DNA of 64,000 bases from Octopus vulgaris (taxonomy: Eukaryota), in the NCBI GenBank assembly GCA_951406725.2, contig OX597823.1:49476001-49540000 (forward strand), written 5' to 3'. The notes beneath the pieces were generated by a model. The model saw only the letters and a list, made by a program, of their open reading frames with translations, ran no database searches and was not told where the DNA came from. A program made the translations under genes and the position numbers. This document shows, in pieces, positions 1 through 12,321 of this stretch; position 1 is the first letter of the stretch; each line of letters opens with the position of its first letter.

Positions 1-2020
1 GTGTTGTCTGAGAGATACCATGCAACATTCAAAGGCTGCCTGCACCAATCTCAATTTTCCACCTTCTTCCACTTTTCTGAAATAGAGCCTGTTTATATCA
101 CTATTTCTGTGGAAGTTTCCAGTTGATGTCCAGATTTTGCCAGTTTTAATGCCTATGGAGTGAATTTCCTCTACAGACCAATCAAGTATTTCAAATGAAT
201 ATTCTAGTACTACTAATGCATTGTGGAAAAATTGTCATGTTATAAGAGAAGAGCTCTGACTGTCCTATTTCCTTAAGTCTTGTGTAATATTTTCAGGTCA
301 GTTTATCTTTGTATTTCATCATTGTCTAGGCATTTGTAGCATACTTTGTGTGGAACAAAAGAAACAGAGAAACTGTTGATGCACGCATTTTGAGTTTCAG
401 GGGTTGACTTTCCATGTTCCATGGTCAAATACGAACATGTCTTTTGCGAAATTCCATTCCTATCTCAGCTGAAAATATTATCATTAACTCCAGCTGTTTT
501 TTGACATTGTTAACATTCTTAGCATAGATCTCCTGGTCATCCATGAAGAAATTCTGGGTTATATTTGTATCTCTAGCTGTTGCAGACCCTAACATGTAGC
601 CACTAGATTTTTGTAAAAGAAATGATGACCAATTTAATGCCAAAATAGACAGAATTACAAAAACGACTATCTCCTTGGAATAGTACTTTTGAAATATTTA
701 TAACTTCAGAGACAATCATTTTACTCTCAATTATGAGTGTGAGGATTGTTGGTCAGGTCTTTGTGAGCCTTTCAGTGACAGTGATTAAGGCAGCAAGTAC
801 TTTTACCAAGAGAATTAGAGTTGAATGCGTTCCTATAATCAAGCCACAAGTTTTCTGTAGTGTTTCCTTGCTTTGGACAGCACAGTTTTGTTTATCAAAA
901 GTTGTTTGGCATATCTTCACACTCCATTCTTTCTACCTACCTGCTCATCAGTCACTATGCTGTTGGTCTCACAATAATTGTGGAAAAATTGGTTGAGACA
1001 GCTTGTGTTATAGCTTTTTCATAATGTTTTGACAGGTGATGGGCCTATAGTTTTCTGCCAATTTGATGGTTTCCTTTTTGGCTACTAGTTCCCTCCATAC
1101 TATAACAAGCCAATTTAGTTTGTCAATTTGGCCTTCCATAGTTCTTCTTAATATCAATATAAATAGCTTTCTGTGTACTAGTATCCAGTTATTGGGTCTT
1201 TTCCAGGTGGTTTCCATTATGTAGTTTGCATGTAGCTAATGTCAAAGTTTCAGGGTTGCTTGTGTTTTACTGTCAACATTGGTGTATTTAGCTGTGATAG
1301 ATTTTGGTTGAAAGCTCACTTTTCATTCAAGATCTTAGACAAGAATGATTCGAGGTCTTCTTCAGAAGTGGCTTTCTTAACTAATATTTTACTTCCTCAT
1401 CTCTGAGGATAATCTCTGTGGACTGGAAGCAAATTTATAATGACTAGAAGAATATTGAGTGAAACCTGATAATCAGTTGATCTAGCAAGTGGTGCCTCAT
1501 TTCAATGAGTGGGACCAGTGCACAATGATGCTGTCAAGAAGTAGACCCTGAAACAGTGCACATTCTCTCCTGATGACCCCCATAAACTTGCTAATATCTA
1601 TTATGCAGAGCTTTCAACTGGTAGCACTTGCCTCTGCAAGTTATTTGCAAAAAAATCTACTGGTTCACTCAAATATTTTTCTTTGATAATGAAGTTTCAT
1701 TGAGATTTTCAGTAACAAGCTTTCTAGGTCCTTTTATATCCAGTTTTTTTCTCTTGGCACATTTATACTTCCTTGTTTATGCTCACTAACAATGCACATT
1801 CAGTGGGGCTTACTAGCTTAATTTCTTTCTTGTTTTTGCATATCGTTTGCATTCTGAGTCACATCTTACCATGTAGCATTACAGATCATGCACAAGCATC
1901 ATACAATGTCTTTCACTCTGAGAGAGAAACTTTTCGTTACTAACTGAGATAATAGGTCACTGAATTTCTTCACTTACTGCTTATTCTAGTATTATACTTT
2001 CAGAACAGTCTCCTTCACTG
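1..2020 (-). mobile_element. Decayed R4/Dong-like non-LTR retrotransposon, RT region; continues past the left edge of the window
   Basis: Minus-strand motifs appear in RT order: ENYRPITCQNIMKKL (~1010-1060), QLLINKTVL (~880-905), WLDYRNAFNS (~820-850), LFQGDS (~665-685), FFMDD (~536-550), GMEF, then GNFHRNSDINRLYFRKVEEG (~60-120), resembling the R4-clade H..SDVDRLY..R..GGRGL motif. Many stops and frameshifts; the 5' boundary is approximate. Confidence 0.8.
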
Positions 2021-2051
2021 CTATCTATCTATCTATCTGTCTGTCTGTCTC

Positions 2052-2330
2052 ACATGACCACCCAGACTATAAGATGTTGTTATACATCGCTGATCACAAT
2101 GTACTTCTGCATTGTTTTAGCTACCCTGCTGGCTCAGCAAGCAGGCCAACGTTTGCTCCAATCAGATGGTGATTCTAGCGCAGGGTTACCCATTTATAGT
2201 TGAGCTTACTAGAGCAGTGTGAAATGAAGTGTTTTGCTCAAGAGCACAACTTGCTGCCCAGTCTGGGAATCAAACCATTGATCTAGCAATTGTGAGTGCA
2301 GTACCCCAACCACTAGGCCACACACTTTCA
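2052..2330 (-). mobile_element. tRNA-derived SINE (family E head with a CORE-like segment)
   Basis: Reverse complement reads gtggcctagtggttggggtactgcac...ggtttgattcccagactggg (A and B boxes), then ttgagcaaaacacttcatttcac. The tail is shared with the 7568-7840 copy. Confidence 0.75.
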
Positions 2331-2950
2331 CTATACTTAAGAGCACAATATGCTGTCTTGTCATAACTGTAAAGTTCCAGAGTGACTAGTTCCAAACTTT
2401 AGCATTGGAAATTATACAAATCTTTGAAACAGGTGCTATTGCAAGTTTCAGAAGTTTACCTTCCCTTCACTCAAACATTAGACCAAAGCACTAAAAAAGC
2501 CTGGCTTTTCAGGGTCCACATCTTCAGTGTTCTCCCTGAAAGTATAAGGGATGTATGTGGGTTTCATGTCAAAACTTTTTAAAAGAATTTGGACAGCTTA
2601 TTTCACATAAACCCATGTGAGCTTACATCACAACTGAAGATAGAGATTAGGGTGTCAATATGGAACCATCTTCTTCATTAAATACAGTATGCATTAGTGC
2701 ATTGATAAAATGGATATTGTGGTGGTACTCCATTGTAGCTACACCTGAATAACTGAAATTGGTAAAAGAACAAAATAATTTATATGTATATGTATATAAT
2801 ACAATATTCGTATATTTGAAACAGTCCATGTAGCAAAATTATCATCCTTTTCACTATTTTCTTTTTATTTTATAGTCTTTAACAATGAAGTGGGGGGAGG
2901 GGGATATATCTTCCATGTCATCTTTAATGTACATTTGGTTTTTCTTGTAG

Positions 2951-3298
2951 GAATGTGTATGTCTGCATGTGTGCATATGTCTGTGCTTATATATATATAT
3001 GTGTGTGTGTATGTGTTTATATTTATATGTTTTTATTTTTAAAGCTTTCTTGGTAGTAAGTTTGCCTTATGGATTTGCGAAAATAAGTTGTAATATGTCT
3101 GGATTACATTTAGTAAAAATATTTACCGAGATAATGTTTCTTGTCTCTTTTTTGTTTTTGTCATATTTCCATGTAGGTCTCTCTCTCTCTCTCTCTCATA
3201 TATATATGTATATATATGTATATATACATACATATATATATATATATGTATATGTACATACATACATATATATGTGTATATATGCATACATACACATA

Positions 3299-3332
<34 letters not shown>

Positions 3333-3361
3333 CATACATAGATTCATATATATATATATAT
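2951..3361. repeat. (TA/TG/CA/CT)n compound microsatellite
   Basis: Directly visible; explains the Y/I/C/V-rich ORFs here. Confidence 0.9.
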
Positions 3362-4402
3362 AAAACAGAAAACTGCTGACAGCAGTCTGTGAAAAAGAAA
3401 GGCTTTAAAGTATCAGTTTTGTTAAAATGATTTCTTTTAAGCATGTAATCTTCCTGATTTTGTTTCTAGAATAACTAAAAACAACATAAAACTTAATTCA
3501 TTTGTTATTATTATACTTATTTTTTTTTATATGTGTGTGTGTGTGTGTATGTGTATGTACATCAAGGTTTTATTGGCGTTTCAACCGTACTAAAATCTTA
3601 CCACCACCATTAATTACTAAACTGCTGATTCAACATATATTGTGTTTCTGTAAACCAAACAAACAGTTTGTTTTCATGATTCATATGTACTTAGAGTAAA
3701 ACACAATACAACTGGAAAAGATGCATCATTTGCAGTCCATATTGATATAAATACTGACATTATTTAATTTTGTATTTATATGTTTTCTTTTTTTGCTTTG
3801 TATTATTACAGTTCTGTATGCAAAAGCTTTATGTTTGGCTGCTATTTTGAACGAAAGTGACATTGTGTAGTTCTTCCATTCTTCTGTATGAAGTTTTCAC
3901 TTGATTAATCATTTGTGGGGAATTTTTTTCTTATGTCTAGCAGTGGGCAGTAAAGTTATGGATTTAAAGACAGTTAAAAAGGCTGCTGCCTGCTGAAAAA
4001 TGACATTTTCTTTAATAAGTCTGTTAAGTGGGTGGAGTTTGCAGTCAGTGGCAGCTTCTGCTGCAATTGGTTGCACTGCAGTTTTGATGCATTTCTTAAC
4101 ATTTGTGCAAATCAGTAAGAAGATGTGTTTGTTGGTTTCTTCCTTTTTTTTCTTTTTTTCTTTCTTTTAAATGAGAGTGACGAGGAGATAGCATGACTGT
4201 AAGTGCGCAGTGAGTTGAATGAAATGTGAAGCATTCATGTGAAATACATAGCCTTGCCAATTAATCCTTGAATAACTTATACGTACATGTGTCAGTATAT
4301 AAATTTTTCTTATTCATCTTTCAATTCTGTAATCTAGTAACACCATGATAGACAGTGTGCATATGTGTAAGTGTATATACACACATGCACACACACACCT
4401 AA

Positions 4403-4780
4403 GTGCAGGTATGGCTGTGTGATAAGAAACTTGCTTCCCAACCACACAGTTCCAGGTTCAGTCCCACTGTGTGGCATCTTGGGCAAGTGTCTTCTGCTAT
4501 AGTCTCAGGCTGGCCAAAGCCTTGTGAGTGGATTTTGTAGACAGAAACTGAAAGAAGCCCCAGTGTGTGTGTGGGTGTTTGTTTGTGTTTGTCCAGCCAC
4601 CATCATTTGACAACCGGTGTTGATATGTTTACATCCCTGTCAGCTAGTGTTTCAGCAAAAGAGACCAGTTTAAAAACAGAAAAAATTAGTACTGAGGTCA
4701 ATTCATTTGACTAAAAGTTCTTCAAGGTACTGCTCCAACATGGCCACAGTCTAATGACTGAAATACATACAAGATTAAAG
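4403..4780 (+). mobile_element. SINE family A (tRNA head, CORE-like segment, internal microsatellite, CR1-type tail)
   Basis: ggtatggctgtgtgataagaaacttgcttcccaacc...ggttcagtcccactgtgtggcatcttgggcaagtg...catggccacagtctaatgactgaaa; matches copies at 10617, 26622, 29818 and 40962. Confidence 0.85.
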
Positions 4781-5124
4781 ATTTGTATAAGGATGTACAC
4801 ACAGCTGTATAGTTAAGAAGTTTTCTTCGCAATGACATGGTTCTAGGTTCAATGCCACTGCACAGCTCTACTGGCAAGGGTCATCTACCAATACTTCACA
4901 TTGACCAATGCCGTACATTTTGTATGGAAACCTTTCAATGAGGCTAGCTTATATTACAACAGTGCCAGTTTTGCAATATATAAAATTCATTTCAGTTTTT
5001 CTGATTCCAACTTTATGCATAAAATATAAATTGTTTTATTAATGACATACTATCAAGAAAGCACATGTATGCAAATTAGGTCATTCACCAATGTGCTTGC
5101 CTAATTTGTGTCTGCTTTATACAG

Positions 5125-5166
5125 CTGCTGGGGATTCTAAGCTGCTCTGTAGGGCAAAGAATTTGG
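5125..5166 (+). CDS. Candidate 42-nt frame-preserving cassette exon (phase 1: xAGDSKLLCRAKNLG); product unknown
   Basis: Branch-point-like ctaat at 5101, acceptor tctgctttatacag|, donor |gtatgt at 5167; length divisible by 3, open in phase 1. No transcript evidence. Confidence 0.3.
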
Positions 5167-5334
5167 GTATGTCTTCTCTGTTGAGTGATCAACATATAAT
5201 GAAACAGTTCAGCAGAAGACTTGCTTCACCACTTTCCACTCATCAGAAGCTCAGAAGGAACATGTTTTACATTCTTCTTGGTTCACCCATTATACAAGTT
5301 CATTTCAGTTCTTCTTATCTATGTTGTATTGTCT

Positions 5335-5670
5335 TTTGTCTTTCACTTGTCTCGGTCATTGGACTGTTAACGAATCAACCCCAATACTTATTTTTAAAAA
5401 ATCTGGTGCTTATTCTAACAATCTCTTTTGACAAACCACTAACTAATGGGAATGTAAACAAGCCATCATTGGTTGTCAAGCAGTGGTGGAGGACAAACAC
5501 AAACTAAAAGTCACACACACATATATATAGGAATTTATAGGTTTCTCGCTTTAAAATTCAGCCACAAAGTTTCAGTCAGCCCAGGACTTTAGTGGGAGGT
5601 ATATTCCACAGGTTCAAGACAATTAGACTGATGCTGGGACTATGTGGTTGGGAAGCAAGCTTCTTAATGA
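5335..5670 (-). mobile_element. SINE family A, diverged minus-strand copy
   Basis: Reverse complement matches the family A tail (cagtccaatgaccgagacaagtgaaag) and head (aagcttgcttcccaaccacatag). Confidence 0.75.
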
Positions 5671-5724
5671 GTAACTCCAAAAATAGGCTATCCACATAAT
5701 GTGCTAGCCTAATTTATGACAGCT

Positions 5725-5930
5725 CATCATCATCATTTAATGTTCATTTTCCATGCTCATATGGTTTGGACAGTTTGACAGGAGCTGACCAGCTAAAGGG
5801 CTGTTCAAGCTCCATGTCTGTTTTGGCATAATTTCTATGGCTGGATGCCTTTCCTAATGCCAACCACTTTACAGAGTGTACCAGGTGCTGTCACGCAGCA
5901 CTGGCATGGATGCTTTTTATGTGGCATCAA
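5725..5930 (-). mobile_element. SINE family C (RTE-type tail ending in (GAT)n)
   Basis: catcatcatttaatgttcattttccatgc...ggctggatgcctttcctaatgccaaccactttacagagtg; same family at 8310, 11600, 25030, 42110 and 46080. Confidence 0.8.
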
Positions 5931-6857
5931 CTATATATATATATATATGGGGTGTGTATGTATAATAGCCAAAGATTAGCTACTGTGTATGTATGTATAT
6001 ATCTGTTTTTGAAACAATGAAACTTGAAGCAGATAAAGCTGTATATAATCGCTTGTAAATATTAGATTAAAAGTCCCTTTGGATAGAAAAAAATTTGAAG
6101 GCTCTTTGTTGGATATAAACTCACATCTTCTGTGAACATGACTGACATTCTTCCAAGGGATCAAAGTAATCCTTTGAATTTCTATACCTATTTTAGAAAC
6201 TTTATGCTTACCAATGAGAATTATACATTGTTCACTTCACAAGAATTCAGAAACTTCAAGCTATATATGATAGCTTGTAGATATTGGATTTTTAAATTCC
6301 TTTGAGAAGAAAAAATCCAAAGGCTTTGTATTCAAAGAGTTATTATTTATAGCTTTAACTACTTTAAGTTTTACTGTTTCAGAAAAAAATAATTTCATGT
6401 CCTTTTGAGATTTCTAAATTCTTATGGCATTAACAGAATGCATATATAAACTGGAAGTTCTATGCTATGGGTTTCTAAACATAAATTGTGCATAAAATAT
6501 GTATTAACAAATGACAAGCAATGAAGTGTGCAAATATTCAAAATAGGATATCCACTATTGTGCTAGCTTAATTTATGGCAGGTTTTTATATAGTAACTGA
6601 AGATTCTGTGCAATGGCTTTTGAAAGGAAGTCAGGTATTTCTTAGAGGAACAATCCAAAATTCATGAAATAGTCCATCTGAAGACATCCTAGCTACCCTT
6701 TCTGGACATCAAAAAATTTAAAAGAAATATGCTTATGTTCTTCTTATTTCACCCACAGCCAGGTATTATAGTATTTAAACTTATATTTAAATATGTATAT
6801 ACATGAACACACACTCATATATATATCTTAAATATGCACACATACATACACACCTTT

Positions 6858-7035
6858 AACATTGTTTTCAATTAATCATGCATTATCTTGTAGCTTCAAG
6901 ATTTCAACAATGTGATTATTTATTTTTAGACTGACATTGCTGGGTAGGTGTGAGAGACCAGATCTGGCTTGTTTGAAAATAGAGCTGGTAGAATATTTGG
7001 ATCAGATATGAACAGTTTAAATGCTAAAGGGTTAA
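6858..7035 (+). mobile_element. piggyBac-type MITE family P1, 5'-truncated
   Basis: Ends in aatgctaaagggTTAA; body matches 51814-52041 and 55640-55861. Confidence 0.75.
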
Positions 7036-7254
7036 ATATACACATTAATGGCTACTATAGTTTGCATATTTATGCCTTTCACAATTCGTCATAATTTAAA
7101 CAATATAAATTTTCTGCGCCCATCCTCATCACACACACACACGCACACACACACACGCACACACACTATTATCATCAAATCAATGTCCACTTTTCTATGC
7201 TTCACATGGGCCTAACCCTAACCCTACACAGATGTATATATGTGTGTGAGTGTG

Positions 7255-7533
7255 TGTATGCTTGTGTGTCCTTGTCTTGGCATCATGTAATAGTTGTAAA
7301 TGAGTGTCACTGTTATACAAGCAGTGTTATTCATTTCCAATATCCTGTGATAAGGTACCTGACCATGAGCAAATATTACTTTGTCAGGAAACAAGTGCAG
7401 GTTGGTGAGAAATAGGACATCTAGCCCTCAAATACAGACACAGTAGCCTGGAGTAGTTTTCTACCTGGCCAGCTCATGTTAACCGTCCTGCACATGCATG
7501 CATGGAAGATGGATGTTAAACGATGATGATGAT
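7255..7533 (+). mobile_element. SINE family D body plus RTE-type tail
   Basis: gtccttgtcttggcatcatg...atggaagatggatgttaaacgatgatgat; homologous to minus-strand copies at 30225 and 63010. Confidence 0.7.
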
Positions 7534-7567
7534 ATGTATGTATATTCATATATATATATATATATAT

Positions 7568-7840
7568 CACCGTGACCGACCAGGCTATCAGATGTTGCTA
7601 CACATCACTGGTCACAATGCGATTCGCATTGTTTTTTAGCCTTCAAATGACGCCACCCCGCTGGCTAAGCGAGCAGGTCAACAGAAGAAAGAGTGAGAGA
7701 AAGTTGTGGCGAAAGAGTACCGCAGGGATTGCTACCACCCCCTGCCGAAGTCTCGTGGAGCTTTAGGCGTTTTTGCTCAATAAACACTCACTACGACCGC
7801 AAGTCTGCTGCTCTAACCACTGAGCCATTGCGCCTCCACA
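7568..7840 (-). mobile_element. tRNA-derived SINE family E, young GC-rich copy with a deletion in the head
   Basis: Reverse complement begins gtggaggcgcaatggctcagtggttagagcagcagac (A box); CpG-rich; flanked by (TA)n. Confidence 0.8.
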
Positions 7841-7917
7841 TATATATATATTTATAAATCAATAAAAACAGCTGTTTGCAACATTAAATTGTAAAGTAAT
7901 ATTATAGTCAACTAAAC

Positions 7918-8067
7918 TTGGCTAAGGGTGTGAACAACACCTACATTGCTAGAAATAGGAGCTAAAATCCTCCAGTGCTGTTACAAAGCACATAACATAT
8001 ACTCTATTAGAGTATATGTTATGTGCATTTTAGCTCCAATATAGTTATTATTTACACCCTTAGTCAA
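7918..8067. repeat. Nested inverted repeat with a perfect 39-bp palindromic core
   Basis: gcacataacatatactcta-t-tagagtatatgttatgtgc (7988-8026); ggagctaaaat/attttagctcc; ttggctaagggtgtgaa/tttacacccttagtcaa. Confidence 0.9.
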
Positions 8068-8309
8068 ATATATATATATACACACACTTAGAGTTTCTGT
8101 CTGCTATTCACTCTCACAAGGTTATAGATAGCCTGAGACTATAATAGAAGACACTTGGCCCAGGGTGCCATGTACTGGGACTGGATTCAAAAATATGAGT
8201 GTGAAGCAAAGTCTGCACCCAACAATGCTATATATATATACGTATATGTACACACTTACATATGCAGGTGTGTGTGTGTGTGTATAAAGAGATATGTATA
8301 TGTGACACG

Positions 8310-8470
8310 TAAAAGGCACCCACTACACTCTGGAGTGGTTGGCGTTGGAAAGGGCACCCAGCCATAGAAACCAATTCAAACCAGACTGGAGCCTGGTGCA
8401 GCTCTTCAGCTTATCAGTTCCAGTCAAACTGTCTTACCCATGCCAGCATGGAATATGGACACATGATGAA
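8310..8470 (+). mobile_element. SINE family C 3' part
   Basis: gtggttggcgttggaaagggcacccagccatagaaacc...cccatgccagcatggaa. Confidence 0.75.
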
Positions 8471-8542
8471 TATGGACACACTCGTGTGTGTGTGTGTGTG
8501 TGTGTGTATTCATATATATGTATGAGTGTGTATACATATTTA

Positions 8543-8573
<31 letters not shown>

Positions 8574-8850
8574 TTGCATATATGTGTGTGAGATAAATAG
8601 AAAATGAGGAAATATATTACAGCCAGATATCATTCCTGTTGCTAATTCTTACCTGCTTCACAAGTAAGGGAATTTTTGCTCCACTTGTGTTCAACCGTGT
8701 AGAACTACCAGAAAAATTTTCAGACAGGGAAATGTCAATAAATGCTACCATGCATAGCTCAGTGATTTTCATGTGAAGCACATAATAGAAACATTCCCAT
8801 AGACATACATATATACATACATCCTTAGTGTGTGTGGGTGCATATACATA

Positions 8851-8880
<30 letters not shown>

Positions 8881-8884
<4 letters not shown>

Positions 8885-9104
8885 AATGTACATTGTCATA
8901 TATATGTATATACATACACATATATACATAGAAAGATAGGTTAGATAGATAGACAGACAGACAAACATAGATATGCATAAGTATATGTATATATAAATGT
9001 ACATTGTCATATATATGTATATACATACACATATATATACATAGAAAGATAGGTTAGATAGATTGATAGATAGACAGACATAGATATGCATAAGTATATG
9101 TATG
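8881..9104. repeat. ~110-bp tandem duplication within a microsatellite block
   Basis: tataaatgtacattgtcatatatatg...agaaagataggttagatagat...gatatgcataagtatatgtat occurs twice, starting at ~8881 and ~8992. Confidence 0.85.
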
Positions 9105-10344
9105 GTGTTATATATGTATATATATATATATATACGCATACATAGCTAGATAGATATAGATATGCACAAGTATATGTATGGTTATAAGTAAAAATGTATA
9201 TAATGTATAATATATATTTATATATATATATATATACACGCACACACACACATAGGAAGATAGATAGATGTGTATGATGACATGTATGTTTGTGTCTCTC
9301 TGTCTGCGTATATATAACAATATATTTATGTTTGTGTGTATAATATATGATGATGTGTGGTTTCTATGGTTGGCTGCCATTCCTGGTCCAATTCAGGAAT
9401 CCTTTCTGCATGCCACCATCTATCTCAAAAAAACTGATAAGCACCCACCATCTAAGTGAGGATATAGCATAGACAGATATTAGGGATTAAAATGTTTAAG
9501 TTTTATTGAAGGGACAAGAATAGGTTTATAGTTGTAGAGGAGATCCATGCATTATATAAGGGTGGTTGGAATTAATTGGGGTGGAACCAGAAAGAGATGT
9601 GTATGTGTGTGATATACATATATATGCTCATATGCACAAATATATATAAGCATATACATATCATTATGATCATCATCTTAACATCTACTTCTCCAAGCTT
9701 GCATGGTTCACACAAGAGTGCCTTGGGTCAGAGTTTTCTGTGGCTGGATGCCCTTTGTGAGAGCAACCACCACCTGTTTCCAGTCTCTCTGTGCTTCCCA
9801 CTTTATCAGACAAAAAAACAGCCCAGACATGGTTACATCGGCAGCTGTAAACAAAAGACACCAACCAGTGAACACACATGAAAATGAGGAAAAATATACA
9901 TACATACATACATTCACACATCTCTCTCCCTCTCTCTGTATATGTATGTATATATATATATGTACGTATTTATTTATGTACTGTTTATTAAAACTGAAAA
10001 ATCTTCACAAGCTGTTACTTAGTTTCGCTTTACCATTCATCAGACAGTTGTGATCGTGTGTGTGTGTAAGCTAATTTTGTAGACAGACACTGAATGATAC
10101 ACACACAAGCATGCTCACATGATTGGCCTCTTTCGGTTTCTGCTTACAAAACCCCGTCACAAGGCTTTGGTTGAGCCCAGTGCTGCAGTGGAAAACACTT
10201 GTTCACAGTGCAACTGCAACACAGTGGGACTTTTATCTGATACCAAGCAGTTAGGAAATGCTTGCCTGCATAGCCATGTCTCTCTCTCTCTCTCTCTCTT
10301 TTCTTTCTCTCACCTCTTTCTCCCCCTCCCTTTCTCTTTAACCT

Positions 10345-11150
10345 CTTCTTTCAATCATTAGACTGTGGGCATGCCTAGGAGTGAGTATTTCTAGTCAAAT
10401 GAAAGGACCTCAGTGCTTTTTTTTTTAAACCTGGTACTTATTCTGAATCACTAATTTACAGGCTCATAAATACATGAACATCAATTATCAAGTGGTGATG
10501 GGGGAGACATACACAAGCACAAAGACATGCACACATACACACACACATAATGTATGCATATATATATGCATATATATGTGTATATATATATGTATATATA
10601 TATTCACTCATATATAGGCGCAGGAGTGGCTGTGCGGTAAGCAGCTTAGTCCCACTGTGTGGCACCTTGGGCAAGTGTCTTCTACTATAGCCTCGGGCCG
10701 ACCAAAGCCTTGTGAGTAGATTTGGTAGACGGAAACTGGAAGAAGCCCGTCGTATATATGTATATATATATGTATGTGTCTGTGTTTGTCCCCCTAGCAT
10801 TGCTTGACAACCGGTACTGGTGTGTTTATGTCCCCATCACTTAGCGGTTCGGCAAAAAGAGACCGATAGAATAAGTACTGGGCTTACAAAGAATAAGTCC
10901 CGGGAGTCGAGTTGCTCGATTAAAGACGGTGCTCCAGCATGGCCGCAGTCAAATGACTGAAACAAGTAAAAGAATAAAGAGTAAGAGTATATATTCACTC
11001 ATACACACACACACACACAAACAAGTTTCTTTCAGTTTCCATCTGCCAACCCAACTGACAAGGATTTGTTTGGCCCAATGCTATAGTACAAGATACTTGC
11101 CCTAGGTTCCATGCAGTGGGACTGATCCAAGAACAGTATGGTTGGGAAGC
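10345..11150 (-). mobile_element. Older minus-strand SINE A split by a younger insertion
   Basis: The tail half lies at ~10345-10530 and the head half at ~11024-11150, on either side of the + copy. Confidence 0.7.
10617..10988 (+). mobile_element. SINE family A, young near-full-length copy with TSD
   Basis: ggcgcaggagtggctgtgcggtaag...ggtgctccagcatggccgcagtcaaatgactgaaacaagtaaaagaataaaga; tatatattcactcata is duplicated on both flanks; CpGs retained. Confidence 0.9.
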
Positions 11151-11539
11151 ATCTGTGCTTATATATGATGCTGTACATTAGCTCACTCCCAGATCAACCT
11201 TACCTATACAGCTGCTCATGTATGCCACCTTCAGATGTCAAAATAATCGCAGAGCAACATGTAATGAAATGTTTTTGCTCAAGAACATAACGTGCCACCC
11301 AATCAAGGAAATGAAGCCAGAATCTAGCAATTATGAGAGCAACGTGCTAACCACTAGACCACATCCACACACACACACATACATGTGTATGCATATATAT
11401 TTGTGTGTGTGTGTGTATATATATATATACATATATATAAGTATATATGTATATATATGCATATATATGTATATATGTGTGTATAGATATATATGTATAT
11501 ATATATGTATATATACATATATATATTTGTGTGTGTATT

Positions 11540-11572
<33 letters not shown>

Positions 11573-11597
11573 ATGTACATATATATATGTATGTATA

Positions 11598-11935
11598 TCA
11601 TCATCATCATCATCATCATCATCATTTAACGTCCGTTCTCCATGCTAGCATGGGTTGGACAGTTCGACCGGGGATCTGGGAAGCCAGAAGGCTGCACCAG
11701 GCTCCAGTCTTATCTGGCAGTGTTTCTACAGCTGGATGCCCTTCCTAACGCCAACCACTCCGTGAGTGTAGTGGGTGCTTTTTACGTGCCACCTGCACAG
11801 GTGCCAGGCGAGGCTGGCAACGGCCACGGTCGGATTGGTGTATTTTATGTGCCACCGGCACAGAAGCCAGACGAGGCGGTGCTGGCATCGGCCACGAGTC
11901 GGATGGTGCTTTTTACGTACCACCAGACCAGGGAT
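11598..11935 (-). mobile_element. SINE family C, young copy with internal ~50-bp subrepeats
   Basis: (cat)n-ttaacgtccgttctccatgc...gctggatgcccttcctaacgccaaccac, followed by three ggtgctttttacgtgccacc-like subrepeats. Confidence 0.85.
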
Positions 11936-11954
11936 CCTGGCTGGTTCAATTCGG

Positions 11955-12154
11955 TACATATATATATACATGCATATGTATGTATATTGATATATGTATA
12001 TGTATATATGTATGTATATATGTATGTATATATGTATATGTATGTATATATGTGTGTGTGTATGTATATATGTGTGTATGTATATATATATGTATATGGA
12101 TCTATATGTATATATATGTGTGTATGTATATATATATGTATATGGATCTATATG

Positions 12155-12206
<52 letters not shown>

Positions 12207-12320
12207 TGTATGTATATATATATGTATATGTATATATGTGTATATATATATATATGCATATATGTATATATATATATGTATATACATGTGTTTATGTATG
12301 TATATATATATATATATATA
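11955..12320. repeat. (TA/TG)n microsatellite at the LINE 3' junction
   Basis: Directly visible. Confidence 0.9.
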
Positions 12321-12321
12321 G

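Noticed and set aside
5125-5166. Ig-domain-like DSxxxCxAxNxG pattern in the candidate exon
   Set aside because: The spacing is wrong and the conserved Tyr is missing; too short to infer a domain.
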